A DNA stretch of 14,205 nucleotides from a virus (lineage: Duplodnaviria; Heunggongvirae; Uroviricota; Caudoviricetes), in IMG/VR virus record IMGVR_UViG_2541047928_000015; one strand, given 5' to 3'. Below the pieces are notes generated by a model. That model was not told the origin of the DNA and did no database searches. It saw nothing but the letters and a program-made list of their open reading frames with translations. The first letter of the stretch is position 1; each line of letters begins with the position of its first letter. The translations under genes and the position numbers were made by a program. Below, piece by piece: positions 13,100-14,205 of this stretch.

Positions 13100-14205
13100 C
13101 GTCCACCTCCGGAGAACAGGCCACCATCACGCATCTGTGTCTGAATTTCATCACGGGCACCCTTGCGGGCCATGTCATACACCGCCTTCAGAGCAGCCGG
13201 ACCTATCTGCCCGTTCGTGCCGTCGTTGTTAATCACCACATGGTTATTCTGCTCAAACTTCCCGGACGCCTGCGACCGGCTGTCCGCCAGGCTGCCCGGT
13301 GTACCGACATAACCACCGGTGGCATAGCCGCGCATCAGCCGGTAGAGATTCCCCACGCCAATCCGGCTGGTTGCCTCCTTCGTGAAGACAAATTCACCAC
13401 GGTGAACAATCCCCGCTGGCTCATATTTGCCGCCGGTTCCCGTAAATCCCCCGGTTGCAAAATGGAATTTCGCCGCAGCGGCCTGAATGGCTGTACCGCC
13501 TGACACTGATGCGCCACCACCGGCAGCACCGCCAATGACGCTGCCGATACTCCCGACAATCCCCACCATTGCCTGCTTAAGCAGAATTTCTGTCATCATG
13601 GACAGCACGGAACGGGTGAAGCTGCGCCAGTTCTGCTCACTGCCGGTCAGCATCGCCGCCATATTCTGTGCAATTCCATCAAAGGTCTGCGTGGCTGCAC
13701 TTTTTACCTGCGACATACTGTCCGTGGCGCTCTCTTCCCACTCACTCCAGCCGGACTTCAGGCCTGCCATCCAGTTCCCGCGAAGCTGGTCTTCAGCCGC
13801 CCAGGTCTTTTTCTGCTCTGACATGACGTTATTCAGCGCCAGCGGATTATCGCCATACTCCTCCTTCAGGCGCTGTTCCGTGGCTTCCTTCGCTGCCTGC
13901 CGGTCAGTCAGCCCCCGGCTTTTCGCATCAATGGCGGCCCGTTTTGCCCGTTGCTGCTGTGCGAATTTATCCGCCTGCTGCGCCAGCGCGTTCAGGTGCT
14001 CCTGATACGTGACCTTATCGCCAAGTGCAGCCAGCTGGCGTTTGTACTCCAGCGTCTCATCTTTATGCGCCAGCAGGGATTTCTCCTGTGCGGACAGCTG
14101 GCGACGTTGCGCCGCCTCCTCCAGTACCGCGAACTGACTCTCCGCCTTCCACAAATCCCGGCGCTGCTGGCTGATTTTCTCATTTGCTCCGGCATGCTTC
14201 TCCAG
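13096..14205 (-). CDS. H: Tail tape measure protein H, C-terminal ~369 codons (5-prime end lies beyond the window)
   Basis: The frame is open from 14154 to the window edge at 14205 (I translated it by hand and found no stop), so the track's start at 14154 is only the first in-window start codon. The Gly-rich C-terminal region resembles the lambda H C-terminus. Confidence 0.9.
   Translation of the reverse strand: MEKHAGANEKISQQRRDLWKAESQFAVLEEAAQRRQLSAQEKSLLAHKDETLEYKRQLAALGDKVTYQEHLNALAQQADKFAQQQRAKRAAIDAKSRGLTDRQAAKEATEQRLKEEYGDNPLALNNVMSEQKKTWAAEDQLRGNWMAGLKSGWSEWEESATDSMSQVKSAATQTFDGIAQNMAAMLTGSEQNWRSFTRSVLSMMTEILLKQAMVGIVGSIGSVIGGAAGGGASVSGGTAIQAAAAKFHFATGGFTGTGGKYEPAGIVHRGEFVFTKEATSRIGVGNLYRLMRGYATGGYVGTPGSLADSRSQASGKFEQNNHVVINNDGTNGQIGPAALKAVYDMARKGARDEIQTQMRDGGLFSGGGR

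Larger units (their letters stand above)
406..14205. mobile_element. Lambda-like prophage, right arm (tail tip, side tail fibre and accessory region); continues beyond the window end
   Basis: Collinear minus-strand H-M-L-K-I-J-lom-stf in lambda order with overlapping stop/start codons, followed by a serine recombinase and AT-rich accessory DNA abutting a truncated host gene. In lambda this tail-fibre/b-region end lies next to attR. The left boundary at ~406 is inferred from the break in the PTS reading frame only. Confidence 0.85.

Noticed and set aside
10816-13559. Antisense or overlapping ORFs across the I-K-L-M-H block (10816-11076, 10905-11162, 11287-11523, 11376-11741, 11451-11687, 11647-12051, 12060-12872, 12143-12331, 12746-13144, 12838-13503, 13335-13559, 13487-14005, 13992-14195)
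   Set aside because: All overlap confidently assigned lambda-like tail genes on the minus strand and have Arg/Pro-rich or low-complexity translations.

Overview
This window is the right, attR-proximal arm of a lambda-like prophage on the minus strand, ending against a truncated PTS EIICB gene (MalX-like) at about nt 406. From the window end inward: tape-measure H (C-terminal part), M, L, K, I, host-specificity J, Lom, then a mosaic side-tail-fibre locus. That locus has a lambda Stf-like anchor and repeat shaft fused to a foreign distal region with a lectin-like C-terminus, followed by a coupled 89-aa gene, a 346-aa fibre-like protein with a self-cleaving chaperone domain, and a 107-aa membrane protein. 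A 39-codon fossil of the tfa 3-prime end marks where the original stf/tfa was replaced. A Pin/Hin-like serine recombinase (plus strand) follows, then an AT-rich accessory island (about 460-1735) with a 37-aa hydrophobic peptide ORF, a 77-aa ORF, a 21-bp imperfect direct repeat pair and a palindrome. The most interesting candidates are the tail-fibre replacement cassette and the small-gene island beside the recombinase. All homology calls are from reading the translations against remembered protein families; no searches were run. Coordinates I located by hand are about +/-2 nt; past about 12.1 kb my manual indexing disagreed by 1 nt with the ORF track, so I used the track there.
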